This document shows, piece after piece, positions 9,743-18,854 of a stretch of DNA of 64,000 bases. The DNA is taken from contig OZ250165.1 of assembly GCA_965238005.1 (NCBI GenBank), forward strand, positions 1,600,001-1,664,000, given 5' to 3'. A program made the position numbers and the translations under genes. A model generated the notes under the pieces. The model worked only from the letters and a program-made list of their open reading frames with translations, had not been told where the DNA came from and did no database searches. This DNA is from Longimicrobiales bacterium (GTDB lineage: Bacteria; Gemmatimonadota; Gemmatimonadetes; Longimicrobiales; Gaopeijiaceae). Numbering within the stretch: the first letter of the stretch is position 1; every line of letters begins with the position of its first letter.

Positions 9743-11337
9743 TCGAGTTACTCATCGGGAAGCCGGAGGGCTCCCCGTTCGTAGACGCCTATCTGAGGGG
9801 TGATCCGGGCGTCGCTCCGTACTTCAGCGGCTCCTGGCTGGATCCCGAGGCGTACCGGGACATGCTCGAGGGCATCGATCGACGCTTCGACGCCGCTGCC
9901 CGGCGGCGGGCGCTAGAGGCCTTGAACACCCCGGGTGGGGTGGGGCAGGAGAGGCTCGATCGCTGGGTGGAGGGTTCCGGGCTCGTGGTCACCACAGGAC
10001 AACAGCCAGGGCTCATGGGAGGACCGCTGTACTCCCTCTACAAGGGGCTCACCACGGTTCGCCTGGCGGAGCGGCTCGAGGCGCTCCTCGACAGACCCGT
10101 CCTGCCCGTGTTCTGGGTGGCATCCGAAGACCACGATTGGGAGGAATCCGATCATGCCTACCTGATCGACGGGTCCAATCGACTGACCCGCGTGCAGGTG
10201 CCGGACCCGGGGCACGGCAACCGTGCCATTCACCGGGTTCCCCTCGACGGCGAAGTTGCAGGTATGGTTGCACAAATCGAGGAACTCGTTCCCAATACAG
10301 AGTTTAGCGGTTCATATATCGAGTTGATTCGAGATGCCTACGCGCCTGGGGTTACCCTGGCTGACGGATTTCGCACCGTGCTGTCCGCGCTTCTGGAGCC
10401 CCTGGGCGTGCTCTTCACGGACGCGGCGAATTCTGCTCTGAAGGCCTCCTCCAAAGAGATTCTCCTGGCCGAGCTGGACCGGGCAGAAGCGCACGAGGAG
10501 ATGCTTCGGGAGGACGCCGAGAAGCTCGAACGGGCCGGATACTCACTCCAGGTGCCCATTCTCGAGGGGGGCGTGAATCTCTTTCTGGAGGCTCCCGCGG
10601 GTCGCGAGCGATTGTACAGGCATCCCGACGGTTTCGAGCTGCATCGTTCCGGTGAGACGGTGACTGCGGACGGTATCCGCTCACGGGTCGAGGAGGATCC
10701 TCTGGTCTTGAGCCCCAACGTACTGCTCCGTCCCGTGGTGGAGAGCACGGTGTTTCCGGTCGTGAGCTATGTGGCCGGCCCCGGGGAGCTGGCCTATCAC
10801 GGCCAGATCAGGCGGCTTTACGAGGCGCACGGCCTCAGGATGCCGGTCATCTTCCCGCGACACGCCGTGACGGTCGTAGAGACGAAGATCCGGAAGGTCA
10901 TCGACAAGTTCGACCTGGAGCCCGAGGATCTCAGGCGCCCTCACCACGAGATCGCCTCCGAGATCGCCCATGAGGACGTCCCGGAGGCCGTTCGCCGGGC
11001 CCTGGGGCAGCTCAGGGGATCCATCGGGGAAGGGTCTCGAAGGCTCCTGGATTCCGCACGGGAGATCGACTCCACGCTCAAGGGGCCGGTGACCCACGCG
11101 CGCAACGCCGCGCTGGCCGCTTTTCAGGACCTGGAGCGCAAGATCGTACAGAGTGTGAAGCGCGAGAACGAGATCGCCCTGGCCCAGCTCGAAAAGGCGC
11201 ACCTGCACCTCTTTCCGGAAGGTAAGCCACAGGAGAGGGTCCTGAATCCGCTGTACTACCTGGCGCGGTATGGGAACCCGTTCATCGAGGCGCTAGTACA
11301 TGGATTCAAGGTGGATTTGACCGACGGGACGGAGTAG
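9739..11337 (+). CDS. bshC: Bacillithiol biosynthesis cysteine-adding enzyme
   Basis: VTTGQQPGL.GGPLY..YK, FWVASEDHD, SPNVLLRP, GPGELAY, PQERVLN. Confidence 0.9.
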   Translation: MIELLIGKPEGSPFVDAYLRGDPGVAPYFSGSWLDPEAYRDMLEGIDRRFDAAARRRALEALNTPGGVGQERLDRWVEGSGLVVTTGQQPGLMGGPLYSLYKGLTTVRLAERLEALLDRPVLPVFWVASEDHDWEESDHAYLIDGSNRLTRVQVPDPGHGNRAIHRVPLDGEVAGMVAQIEELVPNTEFSGSYIELIRDAYAPGVTLADGFRTVLSALLEPLGVLFTDAANSALKASSKEILLAELDRAEAHEEMLREDAEKLERAGYSLQVPILEGGVNLFLEAPAGRERLYRHPDGFELHRSGETVTADGIRSRVEEDPLVLSPNVLLRPVVESTVFPVVSYVAGPGELAYHGQIRRLYEAHGLRMPVIFPRHAVTVVETKIRKVIDKFDLEPEDLRRPHHEIASEIAHEDVPEAVRRALGQLRGSIGEGSRRLLDSAREIDSTLKGPVTHARNAALAAFQDLERKIVQSVKRENEIALAQLEKAHLHLFPEGKPQERVLNPLYYLARYGNPFIEALVHGFKVDLTDGTE

Positions 11338-11349
11338 CTTCAAAACATC

Positions 11350-11628
11350 ATGATTCCACTCATCTTCGTGCTCGTCCTGCTGATTCCGATTCTGGCCATC
11401 ATATTGGATTCGCCGGTGGGACGGGCTCTCGCGGGGCGGCTCGAGAGGCGCGGCTTGGGGTCCGGCAACGATAAGGTCACCGCGGAGCGTCTCTCCTCCC
11501 TCGAAGGGGAGTTCGAGCGGCTGACTTCCGAGGTGCGCCGCCTCGAGGAGGAGAGCCAGTTCCTGAACAAGCTCCTCACGGAGCGCCCGGCTTCGGAAGT
11601 GCTTCCGCCCGGTGATCGAGACGCGTAG
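11350..11628 (+). CDS. Small membrane-anchored coiled-coil protein
   Basis: N-terminal TM helix then heptad-like region; fills the bshC-murJ gap. Confidence 0.7.
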   Translation: MIPLIFVLVLLIPILAIILDSPVGRALAGRLERRGLGSGNDKVTAERLSSLEGEFERLTSEVRRLEEESQFLNKLLTERPASEVLPPGDRDA

Positions 11629-13261
11629 CCCCGATCCCACAGTGGGCCGACGCTCCCGTGCCGCCTTCATGGTCGGCGCGGGCATTTTTTTCAGTCGGAT
11701 CAGCGGCTTCGTGCGCGATGTGGTCTTCGCATACTTCTTCGGAAACACGGGACTGGCCGATGTCTGGCGCGTATCGCTAAAGACCCCGAACGTCATCCAG
11801 AACCTGCTGGGAGAGGGGACGCTGAGCGCCTCGGTCATCCCGGTCTACGCAGAGTTCCTGGAGGAGGGCAGGAAAGAAGACGCAGGCCGGTTCGCCGGGG
11901 CGGTCCTCGGCATCCTGATGGTCGTGGCCGGCGGGGCGGCGCTCATCGGTGTCCTCCTGGCGCCTACCCTGGTGCCCGTCTTCTTCTTCCGGTGGGACCC
12001 CCAGAAGCTCGCACTCACCACGGTCATGGTTCAGATCCTCTTTCCCATGACAGCGGTTCTCGTGGTCTCGGCCTGGGCGCTGGCGATCCTCAACAGCCAC
12101 CGCCGGTTCTTCGTCTCCTATGTGGCGCCCGTGGCCTGGAATGGCGCCATTCTCCTCACCATGGTCGGGTTGGGCTTCGGGGTGGGCTGGACGGGCTCCG
12201 CGCTCCTCTTGGCGGTGGCGGGGGGCGCCTTCGGCGGCGGGGTGCTCCAGTTGGTGGTGCAGCTCCCCTACGTCGTGCCGCTCTTGGAGCACTTCCGCCT
12301 CTCCGTGAGCCGGACCGCATCGGGAGTGAAGGAGGCCATCCGCAACTTCATCCCGGTGGTGGCGGCGCGTGGCGTCGTGAACATCGGCAGCCTTCTCGAC
12401 GTGTTCCTCGCTGCGCTCCTCGTCGAGGGAGCGGTGGCGGCGCTGGGTTACGCCCAGACCCTCTACATCCTACCGATCTCCCTGTTCGGGATGTCGATCG
12501 CGGCGTCGGAGCTGCCTGAGCTTTCCCGGCAGCGAACGCGACCGGCCGAGGAGTTGGCGGCTCAGGTCTCCAGCGCCCTCGAGCGCATCCATTTCCTCTT
12601 GATTCCGTCGACCATCGCGTTCGTCCTCCTGGGAGATCTGTTCATCGGCGGCATCTACCAGCGGGGAAGCTTCCTCGCCACGGACATACCCGTGGTCCAC
12701 GCCGTATTGGCCGCGTATGCGCTGGGGCTTCTGGCGTCATCGGGCTCCCGGGTGCTCTCTACCGCGTTCTACGCGCTTCGCGATACTCGGACGCCCGCGC
12801 GGATGGCCTATCTGAGAGTGGCCGTGTCTCTGGCCATAGGGGTGTCCCTGATGTTCCCCCTCGACCGGTTCAGCTCCGGAGGCCTCCGCTTCGGGGCCGT
12901 GGGCCTGGCCCTGGGTGCCTCCATCGCCGCCTGGCTCGAGTACGTGATGCTCCGCGGTCGGCTCGTTCGAGCCCTCGGCTCCCACGGGCCCAGGTCCGAC
13001 GTGCGGTCTCGCCTCCTCGCGGCGGGTGCTATCGCAGCGCTGGCCGCCGTGGCGGCCAAGTGGGCGTTGGGCTCCACCGTGCCCCGCCGGGACGGTCTAC
13101 TCACGGGGCTGATGGCCGATTCCGCTCCCTGGCTCCTCCAGCCGGCTCTTGCGGTGGGAACGGCCCTGATATTCGGTGTAGTATACCTCGTCACGAGCGC
13201 TCGGCTCGGCGTTGGCGTCCCCCTGCGGCATCTGCTCCGGGGCGGCGCAAATACCCAGTGA
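11612..13261 (+). CDS. murJ: Lipid II flippase MurJ
   Basis: SRISGFVRD, LLGEGTLSASVIP, multiple TM helices, FYALRDTRTP. Confidence 0.93.
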   Translation: MIETRSPDPTVGRRSRAAFMVGAGIFFSRISGFVRDVVFAYFFGNTGLADVWRVSLKTPNVIQNLLGEGTLSASVIPVYAEFLEEGRKEDAGRFAGAVLGILMVVAGGAALIGVLLAPTLVPVFFFRWDPQKLALTTVMVQILFPMTAVLVVSAWALAILNSHRRFFVSYVAPVAWNGAILLTMVGLGFGVGWTGSALLLAVAGGAFGGGVLQLVVQLPYVVPLLEHFRLSVSRTASGVKEAIRNFIPVVAARGVVNIGSLLDVFLAALLVEGAVAALGYAQTLYILPISLFGMSIAASELPELSRQRTRPAEELAAQVSSALERIHFLLIPSTIAFVLLGDLFIGGIYQRGSFLATDIPVVHAVLAAYALGLLASSGSRVLSTAFYALRDTRTPARMAYLRVAVSLAIGVSLMFPLDRFSSGGLRFGAVGLALGASIAAWLEYVMLRGRLVRALGSHGPRSDVRSRLLAAGAIAALAAVAAKWALGSTVPRRDGLLTGLMADSAPWLLQPALAVGTALIFGVVYLVTSARLGVGVPLRHLLRGGANTQ

Positions 13262-13283
13262 ATCCGCTTTTCTTCCTCGTCCG

Positions 13284-15101
13284 ATGATTCAGGATCAACT
13301 CCGAGGGCTTCCGTCGCGTCCCGGCGTCTACCTCTTCAGGGACGCAGCGGGCGACATCCTCTACGTCGGCAAAGCGAAGTCCCTCAGACCACGCGTCAGG
13401 AGCTACTTCCGCGGCTCTGGCCAACCCTTGAAGACAGAGGAGCTGGTCCGGCACGTCCAGGGCGTCGAGACGATCGTCGTGGGGTCGGAGGCCGAGGCCC
13501 TCATCCTCGAGGCCAACCTCATCAAGGAGCACCGGCCCCGCTTCAACATCCAGCTCCGTGACGACAAGCGGTATCCGTATATCAAGGTGACGACAACGGA
13601 GCCCTTTCCGCGGGTCTTCGTGACGCGAACCCTGAACGACGACGGGTCGCGTTACTTCGGACCGTATACGTCGGTGGGATCCATGCGCGAGGCCCTGGAG
13701 ATCATCAAGCGGCTCTACACGGTCCGTTCCTGCCGTTATGACCTCCCCCGGGAGGCGCCGGAGCGCCCCTGTCTGGACTACCACATCGGACGCTGCCTGG
13801 CTCCCTGTGTAGGCTACCAGGACCAGGCTTCGTACGGGGCGATGATCGACGAGATCCTGAAGGTGCTGGACGGAGAGACAGAGGAGGTGCGACAGCGCGT
13901 GGAGAAGCGGATGCGCGACGCCTCCGTGGAGCTGGATTTCGAGCGTGCCGCCCGCCTTCGGGATGTCCTCGCGGCCCTCGACGCCCTCGCCCGTCAGCAG
14001 AGGGTCGAGAAGCTGAGAGGCGGTGACTACGACGTGGTAGGCCTCGCCAGAGACGGAGAGCTGGCCGCCGCCGTGGTGATGCGCATTCGACGGGGCGTGC
14101 TCCTGGGCCGCGACACGCTGCGATTCTCGGACGTAGGCGAGGAGAGCGACGCCTCACTTCTCACGACCTTCGCTTCGCGACACTACCTGAGCCGGGGCAC
14201 CGGCGGCGGTCGGAATCTCCCGAAGGAAGTTCTGGTCCCCACCGAATTCGAGGACATGGACCTCCTCGAGGAGATCCTCCTCGACGAGGCGGGGCGCAAG
14301 GTAGGCATCTACGTTCCCAAGAGGGGGGCGAAGAAGCGCCTCTCGGAGCTCGCAGGCGACAACGCTCGTCACGCCCTGGAGGATCGCCTGACGGCCACCG
14401 AGCGGGTGCAGGATCGGGCCGAGGAGGTGCTCTACGACCTCCGCGATCGCCTGGACCTGAAGGTCGTACCCCGCCTGATGGTGTGCTTCGACATCAGCCA
14501 CACCCAGGGGACCGAGACCGTGGGGAGCGCCGCCGTGTTCGAGAACGCCGAGCCCAAGAAGGCCGAGTATCGGCACATGCGTATCAAGGGCGATTGGGGC
14601 AACGACGACTACCGGTCCATGGCCGAGGTGGTCAGTCGGTACTTCCACCGCCGGCTCGAAGAGGAGCGGCCGCTTCCGGATCTGGTTCTCATCGACGGAG
14701 GGAAGGGCCAACTGGGGGCCGCGCAGAACGCACTGACCGAGCTGGGCGTTACGGATGTCGCACTGGCGTCCCTGGCCAAGCGGGAAGAGCTCGTCTACCG
14801 CCCCGGGAGACGAGAGCCCTTCCGCCTCGGGCGGCGGAACAAGGCGTTACATGTTCTCCAGAGGATTCGGGATGAAGCTCACCGGTTCGCCGTGACCTAC
14901 AATCGGAAGCTCCGGCGGAAGAGAACCGTGCGGAGTGATCTCTCTGAGATTCCCGGCATCGGTCCCGAGAGGCAGAAGCTCCTGCTCATGCGATTCGGGT
15001 CGGTTCGAGGGGTCAAGTCGGCCAGCGCCGAAGAAATCGCTAGGCTCCCGGGCTTCAGTGGGACCCTGGCGGCGCGAGTTCTCACCTACCTGGGACAATA
15101 G
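13284..15101 (+). CDS. uvrC: Excinuclease ABC subunit C
   Basis: PGVYLF..YVGKAKSLR GIY-YIG domain, CFDISH, IDGGKGQL, RDEAHRFA, HhH. Confidence 0.96.
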   Translation: MIQDQLRGLPSRPGVYLFRDAAGDILYVGKAKSLRPRVRSYFRGSGQPLKTEELVRHVQGVETIVVGSEAEALILEANLIKEHRPRFNIQLRDDKRYPYIKVTTTEPFPRVFVTRTLNDDGSRYFGPYTSVGSMREALEIIKRLYTVRSCRYDLPREAPERPCLDYHIGRCLAPCVGYQDQASYGAMIDEILKVLDGETEEVRQRVEKRMRDASVELDFERAARLRDVLAALDALARQQRVEKLRGGDYDVVGLARDGELAAAVVMRIRRGVLLGRDTLRFSDVGEESDASLLTTFASRHYLSRGTGGGRNLPKEVLVPTEFEDMDLLEEILLDEAGRKVGIYVPKRGAKKRLSELAGDNARHALEDRLTATERVQDRAEEVLYDLRDRLDLKVVPRLMVCFDISHTQGTETVGSAAVFENAEPKKAEYRHMRIKGDWGNDDYRSMAEVVSRYFHRRLEEERPLPDLVLIDGGKGQLGAAQNALTELGVTDVALASLAKREELVYRPGRREPFRLGRRNKALHVLQRIRDEAHRFAVTYNRKLRRKRTVRSDLSEIPGIGPERQKLLLMRFGSVRGVKSASAEEIARLPGFSGTLAARVLTYLGQ

Positions 15102-15226
15102 CCGGCAGCACTCAGGACCGGAGGTCGAGCCCTGTCGCGCGACAAAGCGACTCGTGTGATGAAACACGGCGAGAGTTTTGCAGTATATTTTATCGGGCGC
15201 CGTGATCGGCGGATTGCCGCCCCTTG

Positions 15227-15262
15227 GCGGTAGTTCTAAATTACGCGGTAGTCCTAAAGTAC
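15227..15262. promoter_or_regulatory. Tandem 18-bp imperfect direct repeat upstream of TPR gene
   Basis: GCGGTAGTTCTAAATTAC / GCGGTAGTCCTAAAGTAC (16/18) in an AT-rich spacer. Confidence 0.4.
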
Positions 15263-15300
15263 ATGGTCTAGACACACTGGTCTTATAGGAGGGTTATCCG

Positions 15301-16674
15301 ATGTACCTCCGTGCGGGGCTTTTCCTATTTGCTATCGCCGCCATACTGGCGCCTTCCCAAGCTTCGACCCAGGACAAGCCTCGTATGACGAGCGAAAACC
15401 TGATCGTCGGCCTCATGTTACAGCGGGCGGCCGATGAGGAGGACGAGGTGGCTGCCGCCGAGTTGTACCGAGAGGCCGTCGAGGCCAGCTACGACGCTAT
15501 CGAGGCATACCCGCACAATGCCACGGGGTATCTGCACCTGGGCGCAGCCAGGTTGGGGTTGGGCGAGTATCTGGCCGCCGACAGCGCCTTCAACACGGCC
15601 GAGGCCATCTATCCCTTTTACATCGACGATGAAGATGGGACGGGCCCCTTCCGCGAGAACGCGTGGGCCGATGCCTATAACGAGGGCATCGCGGCGCAAA
15701 GGGCGGGGGACAACGAGAACGCCCTGACGCACCTCGCCAGGGCCAACCAGATCTTCGACGGGCGTCCGGAGGCGTATCTCAACCTCGGGGCCACCTACGC
15801 GAACACGGGCCAGCTGGACGCCAGCATCGAGGCCTGGAAGAGTGCGATCGAGGTCATCAACTCACCGGACTCCAAGCCAAGGAACGAACAAGAGCGGCTG
15901 CAGTGGGTCAGCCAGTACGGGCCCATGGCCCTCGAAAACCTGACCCAGGTCCTGTACCGGGCCGATCGAGCTGAGGAGGCCGTGGCCATCTACGAGAAGA
16001 TCCTCGCGGACGATCCCGACAACGGCCCGGCACGGACCGGCCTTGCGATCGCCCTCGCACAGTCGGGCCAAGCGGAAGGTGCCTTGAGCATCTACGACGA
16101 GATCCTGGAGCGCGATGACGCCTCGGCGCGGGACTACTACACCGCCGGGGTGACGCTCTACACTGCCGAGGCTTACGACCGCGCCGCGACCGCGTTCGAG
16201 AAGGTGCTCGAGCGGGCACCCATGCACCGCGACGCCCTCCAGAACCTGGTGCAGGCCCTGGCGCTGGAGGAGAACTACGAAGCTCAGCTCCCCTACTCCG
16301 AGAAGCTCCTGGAGATGGACGGAAAGAACTACTTTGCCCATCAGGTGCACCTCAGGGCTCTCTCCCTGCTGGGGCGCACCGAGGACCTCGGCCCCATGGT
16401 GGCAGCGATGACGGCGCTCACGTTTCTCGTGGACAACCTCCAGCTCCAGCCGACGAGTAGGGGAGCCCGCGTCACGGGTTCCGTGACCAACAAGCTGCTC
16501 GAGGAAGGTGCCTCGGTTACTCTCCGTTTCCACTTCTACGACGACGGGGGGAATGAGCTCGGGACTCAGGACGTGTCCGTGCTCGTGCCGCCCGTGGACG
16601 GGGCTCAGCAGTTCCAGGGTTCCTTCAACGCCGAGACCGATGTGATGGGGTACAGCTACGAGGTCATCAGCTAG
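15301..16674 (+). CDS. Exported tetratricopeptide-repeat protein with C-terminal beta domain
   Basis: Signal peptide, many TPR helices; GGAGG RBS. Confidence 0.85.
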   Translation: MYLRAGLFLFAIAAILAPSQASTQDKPRMTSENLIVGLMLQRAADEEDEVAAAELYREAVEASYDAIEAYPHNATGYLHLGAARLGLGEYLAADSAFNTAEAIYPFYIDDEDGTGPFRENAWADAYNEGIAAQRAGDNENALTHLARANQIFDGRPEAYLNLGATYANTGQLDASIEAWKSAIEVINSPDSKPRNEQERLQWVSQYGPMALENLTQVLYRADRAEEAVAIYEKILADDPDNGPARTGLAIALAQSGQAEGALSIYDEILERDDASARDYYTAGVTLYTAEAYDRAATAFEKVLERAPMHRDALQNLVQALALEENYEAQLPYSEKLLEMDGKNYFAHQVHLRALSLLGRTEDLGPMVAAMTALTFLVDNLQLQPTSRGARVTGSVTNKLLEEGASVTLRFHFYDDGGNELGTQDVSVLVPPVDGAQQFQGSFNAETDVMGYSYEVIS

Positions 16675-16763
16675 TGTCCCGTTGCCAAAGTGTCTCGGCC
16701 AGTCGAGGGCACGGTGCATCCGACCCTCTTGGTGGCTCGCGAACTTCGGCAACGGAACACTAG
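16671..16763. mobile_element. CTAG-bounded MITE/REP-like element, copy 1
   Basis: Terminal inverted repeat CTAGTGTCCCGTTGCCAAAG / CTTCGGCAACGGAACACTAG (18/20); related copies at 41630 and 45575. Confidence 0.65.
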
Positions 16764-16800
16764 GAGTATCTGTCCGAGGAGACGGCCGACGAAGAAAGCG

Positions 16801-16838
16801 AAAGACCGGGCGTCCCAAGCGGGCGCCCGGTCTTTTTT
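16801..16838 (+). terminator. Rho-independent terminator
   Basis: AAAGACCGGGCGTCC-loop-GGGCGCCCGGTCTTT then T-run. Confidence 0.8.
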
Positions 16839-16871
16839 CGCCCCTACGGCCCGTTTAGATTAACGCCCGTC

Positions 16872-16944
16872 GCGGGCGTAGCTCAGTTGGTAGAGCATCA
16901 GCTTCCCAAGCTGAGGGTCGCCGGTTCGAGTCCGGTCGCCCGCT
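16872..16944 (+). tRNA. tRNA-Gly(CCC)
   Basis: GCGGGCG/CGCCCGC acceptor stem, TCAGC-TTCCCAA-GCTGA anticodon arm, GGTTCGAGTCC T arm; CCA not encoded. Confidence 0.97.
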
Positions 16945-16957
16945 TTCAGGAAACACC

Positions 16958-16998
16958 AAGCGCCGCAAGGCTTTCCGGCCCTGCGGCGCTTCTCTTTT
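16958..16998 (+). terminator. Hairpin terminator after tRNA (inside island)
   Basis: AAGCGCCGCA...TGCGGCGCTT stem then CTCTTTT. Confidence 0.65.
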
Positions 16999-17038
16999 CC
17001 GGTGTCCGTGTCAGCGTGGTAACGCTGGTGGTAACAAA

Positions 17039-17527
17039 TCAGAGGGCTGCGGTGGCTGCTAGGAACCGCGCCAGCGCCCGGGGTACGTCCGCTCCCTCGA
17101 GACGGAGTTGGTCTGGAACGCGCGCTACGGCGTCCTTGATCATCGGCACCAGCGCTTTCTCACACCCTCGATCCTCCCACTCGTCGAGCTCGCCATGATC
17201 CGAGCGCTCTCCCCCGAGGTGTGACGCAAGTTGCGTCGCCTGATTCCACCAGTCCTCCTCCTCCTCTGTCCAGTTGCCTCGATATGGGTTCGGATCTACC
17301 AACTCTCCGTACTTGATGTCCTTCGCTGCCTTCCCGCCTCCACCGTGGGGAGAGCGCTCGTGAAAGAACTCCAAGAGGTTACGAACGTGTGTGGCATAGG
17401 TGGTCCTCATCGAATGCCAGATGATGGGGAGGTACTCGCACGAGGGGTTCTTCATCTCCACATGCAGTTCCAGGAATCGCGCCATCTCGTGGGCGGCGTG
17501 GCGCGCCCTCGTGCCGTCCTCCATCAT
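17039..17527 (-). CDS. Hypothetical protein
   Basis: 162-aa ORF with GGAGG RBS, translationally coupled to the integrase end. Confidence 0.6.
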   Translation of the reverse strand: MMEDGTRARHAAHEMARFLELHVEMKNPSCEYLPIIWHSMRTTYATHVRNLLEFFHERSPHGGGGKAAKDIKYGELVDPNPYRGNWTEEEEDWWNQATQLASHLGGERSDHGELDEWEDRGCEKALVPMIKDAVARVPDQLRLEGADVPRALARFLAATAAL

Positions 17528-18150
17528 GTCGCCTCCTGAAGAGCGCGAATCCGGTCCCCTAGCTTCTTCTCGTACTCCTGTACGAGGAACTCCACGACCT
17601 CCTTCCCGCCGACCTCCGCCCGGTCGTGGAGATGGCCATACCTGTCCTCGATCATGTTCAGTGACCGGTGGCCGAGCTCACGCGCCACCGTGTAGAGCGC
17701 CACGGGCCGACCCCGGTCCAGCGTCTGGATCCTGGCCGCCGTGTAGGTGTGCCGAAGCTGGTGTAGGCGCACGTCCCCATTATTGAAACCGGCCCGCGTG
17801 ACGATGTGGTCGATGGGCGCTAAAGCCTTCCTTACGCGCACAGTCGGCCCGAAGTGGATCGTACTGCCCGCCGCCCTCGCCGTAGCAATGTCTTGCAATG
17901 GTGGAGATGGCAGTGGCAGGACGTTCCTGCAATCTTGTGACTGACTTCAGATGAATCGAGGGCAACGGTCGGTGGCACGATTCCTGAGCACCGCCAACCG
18001 CCGGCCAGAGAAGGTTGACATAGGCCTTCGGACCCGCTGGACCAACGTCACCTGGATCTCAGCCAGGAACCGCTCGGCACCTACAACGGCGGCCAGTTCA
18101 GGCTTGAGGACCTTGAGCGCGACATTGGCGCAAGCAGAACCCGGCCTGCA
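17524..18150 (-). pseudogene. Tyrosine recombinase/integrase remnant
   Basis: C-terminal HQLRH, ELGH and RY catalytic motifs in 17524-17898; upstream part frameshifted or missing; 5' limit approximate. Confidence 0.8.
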
Positions 18151-18457
18151 ATGACGTTCTGAGCGTCTTCGGGATTTATTCGGTATCCTGGGTAGGCTGG
18201 AGCGTTCTCGTGGCTTAGGGGGCCGTTATCGGCTTGCTCGCCCCAGAGGAGGTTCATGCAACAATATTCTACAAGCTAGGTGATCCTGGGCAGAACACCG
18301 TCGATATGGAGGCTGACTTGCTGCCGACCTCTGTCGCCTGGCATACTCGGACGTAAGCGACCGTACCTCAACGGTGAAGCACGCGAGGTCGTAAAGCGTT
18401 CTTTCAGCCGTTCGGGATGTCGGCTGACTCGGTTCTCTGAATGGAGGGGCATCGATC

Positions 18458-18748
18458 ATGTTCGTCGTGCAAGACACTTTCAAGACCAAGCCCGGAAAGG
18501 CCAACGCGCTCGTAGAGGTGTTTACCGCAGCGGCTCCACACCTCGCTGCCGATGGAGTCCACGCGCATCGAGTACTCGTCGATCACGTCGCGGACTACTG
18601 GACTGTGATCTTCGAGTCCACAGTCGAGGATCTCGACACGTACTTCGCGTTCACAGAGAACCAAGCAGCGCGCGAGGCCATGGCGGGGTATATGGACCTT
18701 GTCGTGAGCGGTAGTCGTCGCATCTACCGGATAGCGTACGAGGGTTGA
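18458..18748 (+). CDS. Small ABM/NIPSNAP-like alpha+beta barrel protein
   Basis: 96 aa, GGAGG RBS, F.TKPGK start pattern. Confidence 0.6.
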   Translation: MFVVQDTFKTKPGKANALVEVFTAAAPHLAADGVHAHRVLVDHVADYWTVIFESTVEDLDTYFAFTENQAAREAMAGYMDLVVSGSRRIYRIAYEG

Positions 18749-18854
18749 GTCTCGCAGTGCTTGGACGTTCTGCCTAACACAACTTGAAAGCACGCCCCCT
18801 GTGGGTACCGTGGAGTTGCGAAACAACCATGGACCACAGCAGAGGGCGGCTCTC

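Noticed and set aside
18772..18778. Integron attC (GCCTAAC) targeted by the IS110; similar heptamer near 63304
   Set aside because: No matching GTTRRRY or attC hairpin found and no integron integrase
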